NCBI GenBank assembly: GCA_913062845.1
Contig: CAJXVZ010000007.1
Location: 4,209 to 68,208 of the forward strand
DNA length: 64,000 bases
Source: an uncultured Psychroflexus sp.
GTDB lineage: Bacteria; Bacteroidota; Bacteroidia; Flavobacteriales; Flavobacteriaceae
Reading direction: 5' to 3'
This document shows positions 63,174 through 64,000 of this stretch, one piece after another; the first letter of the stretch is position 1; each line of letters opens with the position of its first letter. The translations under genes and the position numbers were made by a program. A model generated the notes under the pieces. That model was not told where the DNA came from. It saw only the letters and a list, made by a program, of their open reading frames with translations, and searched no databases.

Positions 63174-63839
63174 TTGGAAAATCCCAATTCCAATTCAATC
63201 CAATGTAGTTTATGTCACGGCAAAGCAAACTGGTTTTGTGAGTTTTTCAGAGAACCGATAGATTTTTACAAATGTCAAAACTGCAAATCTATCTTTAAGG
63301 ATAAGGCCCATTACCCGGATTTTGAATTTGAAAAGCAAAGGTATTTGACGCACAATAATGATGTAGAGGATCAGCAATATCAATCTTTTGTAAGTCCAAT
63401 TACAGATGCTGTTTTTAATCATTATGATAGTAGTAAAATAGGATTGGACTATGGTTGTGGTACAGGACCTGTTGCCGCTCATGTTTTAAAACAAAAGGGG
63501 TATGAAGTAGTTTTATATGATCCTTTTTTCTACCCCGATAATAGCTATGCTTTAAAAAAATTTGATTTTATCATTTGCTGTGAAGTTATGGAACACTTTC
63601 ATAAACCCTATGAGGAGTTCAAACATTTAAGCTCTCTGCTTAAAGAACAAGGGATATTGTTTTGTAAAACCAATCTTATTTCAGACAGTATATCGGTGGA
63701 TGAATTTAAAAACTGGTATTACAAGAATGATCCCACGCATGTTTTTTTTTATTCACCTACGGCACTCGATTTTATAAAAACAGAACTGGGTTTTCAATTC
63801 TTAAGTTTTGATGAAAAATTGATTACTTTTAGATCATGA
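63174..63839 (+). CDS. Class I SAM-dependent methyltransferase with N-terminal Cys4 zinc-ribbon-like motif
   Basis: CSLCHG...CQNC, then a methyltransferase core (LDYGCGTGP, DFIICCEVMEHF). Apparent TTG start. Confidence 0.7.
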   Translation: MENPNSNSIQCSLCHGKANWFCEFFREPIDFYKCQNCKSIFKDKAHYPDFEFEKQRYLTHNNDVEDQQYQSFVSPITDAVFNHYDSSKIGLDYGCGTGPVAAHVLKQKGYEVVLYDPFFYPDNSYALKKFDFIICCEVMEHFHKPYEEFKHLSSLLKEQGILFCKTNLISDSISVDEFKNWYYKNDPTHVFFYSPTALDFIKTELGFQFLSFDEKLITFRS

Positions 63840-64000
63840 AATCAATAAAATTACATTCAGTAGCAATGATACCTGCAAGGCTTCAGGCGACGCGATTCCC
63901 CGGAAAATTACTTAAGAATCTTGGAGGTATGAGTGTCATTGCCAGAACATACAAAAACACAAAAGCCACCGGTCTGTTTGATGATGTTATCGTAGTGACG
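63836..64000 (+). CDS. kdsB: 3-deoxy-manno-octulosonate cytidylyltransferase (CMP-KDO synthetase), 5' partial
   Basis: Hand-translated: MKSIKLHSVAMIPARLQATRFPGKLLKNLGG... The IPAR..S.RFPGK motif is present. It runs off the window end, and the start overlaps the upstream stop (ATGA). Confidence 0.75.
   Translation, partial: MKSIKLHSVAMIPARLQATRFPGKLLKNLGGMSVIARTYKNTKATGLFDDVIVVT

Overview
AT-rich chromosomal segment that reads like a marine Flavobacteriia (Bacteroidota) genome. Supporting signs are a T9SS C-terminal sorting domain, a PorQ homologue, a proteorhodopsin+blh pair, and recurring TAnnTTTG -7 promoter boxes just upstream of start codons. About 60 protein genes and 2 tRNAs are supportable, and most are housekeeping: meaB, fused E1 2-oxoacid dehydrogenase, purB, menA, kdsA, lpdA, rpsF-rpsR-rplI, valS, aroK, asnB, ychF, kdsB. 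I found no CRISPR array, integrase, transposase, prophage or recognisable multi-gene defence system. The only classical accessory module is a mazEF toxin-antitoxin pair. Nothing here can be called a new system from sequence alone, so the points below are ranked leads. (1) A tightly packed tetR-ABC-hlyD-tolC operon whose single ABC protein keeps Walker A but is degenerate at the Q-loop, signature, Walker B and H-loop. It lies divergent to a 1500-aa T9SS subtilase. (2) A very AT-rich islet between an oxyR-like gene and ychF, holding mazEF, a small membrane-protein ORF bracketed by imperfect inverted repeats of about 140-210 bp, and a lipoprotein. (3) A dihydroorotase-like ORF that has lost most metal ligands. 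(4) A 19-bp duplication of the tRNA-Lys 3' end enclosing a 46-bp repeat-family insert. (5) Two different short-unit tandem repeat arrays bracketing an orphan FixI/CcoI-like P-type ATPase. (6) A secreted-protein ORF split by one in-frame TAA. (7) A conserved 488-aa protein of unknown function. (8) A cysteine-free sirtuin. CDS coordinates follow the supplied ORF track, with some starts moved to internal ATGs. Short motif coordinates were hand-counted and may be off by 1-2 nt.
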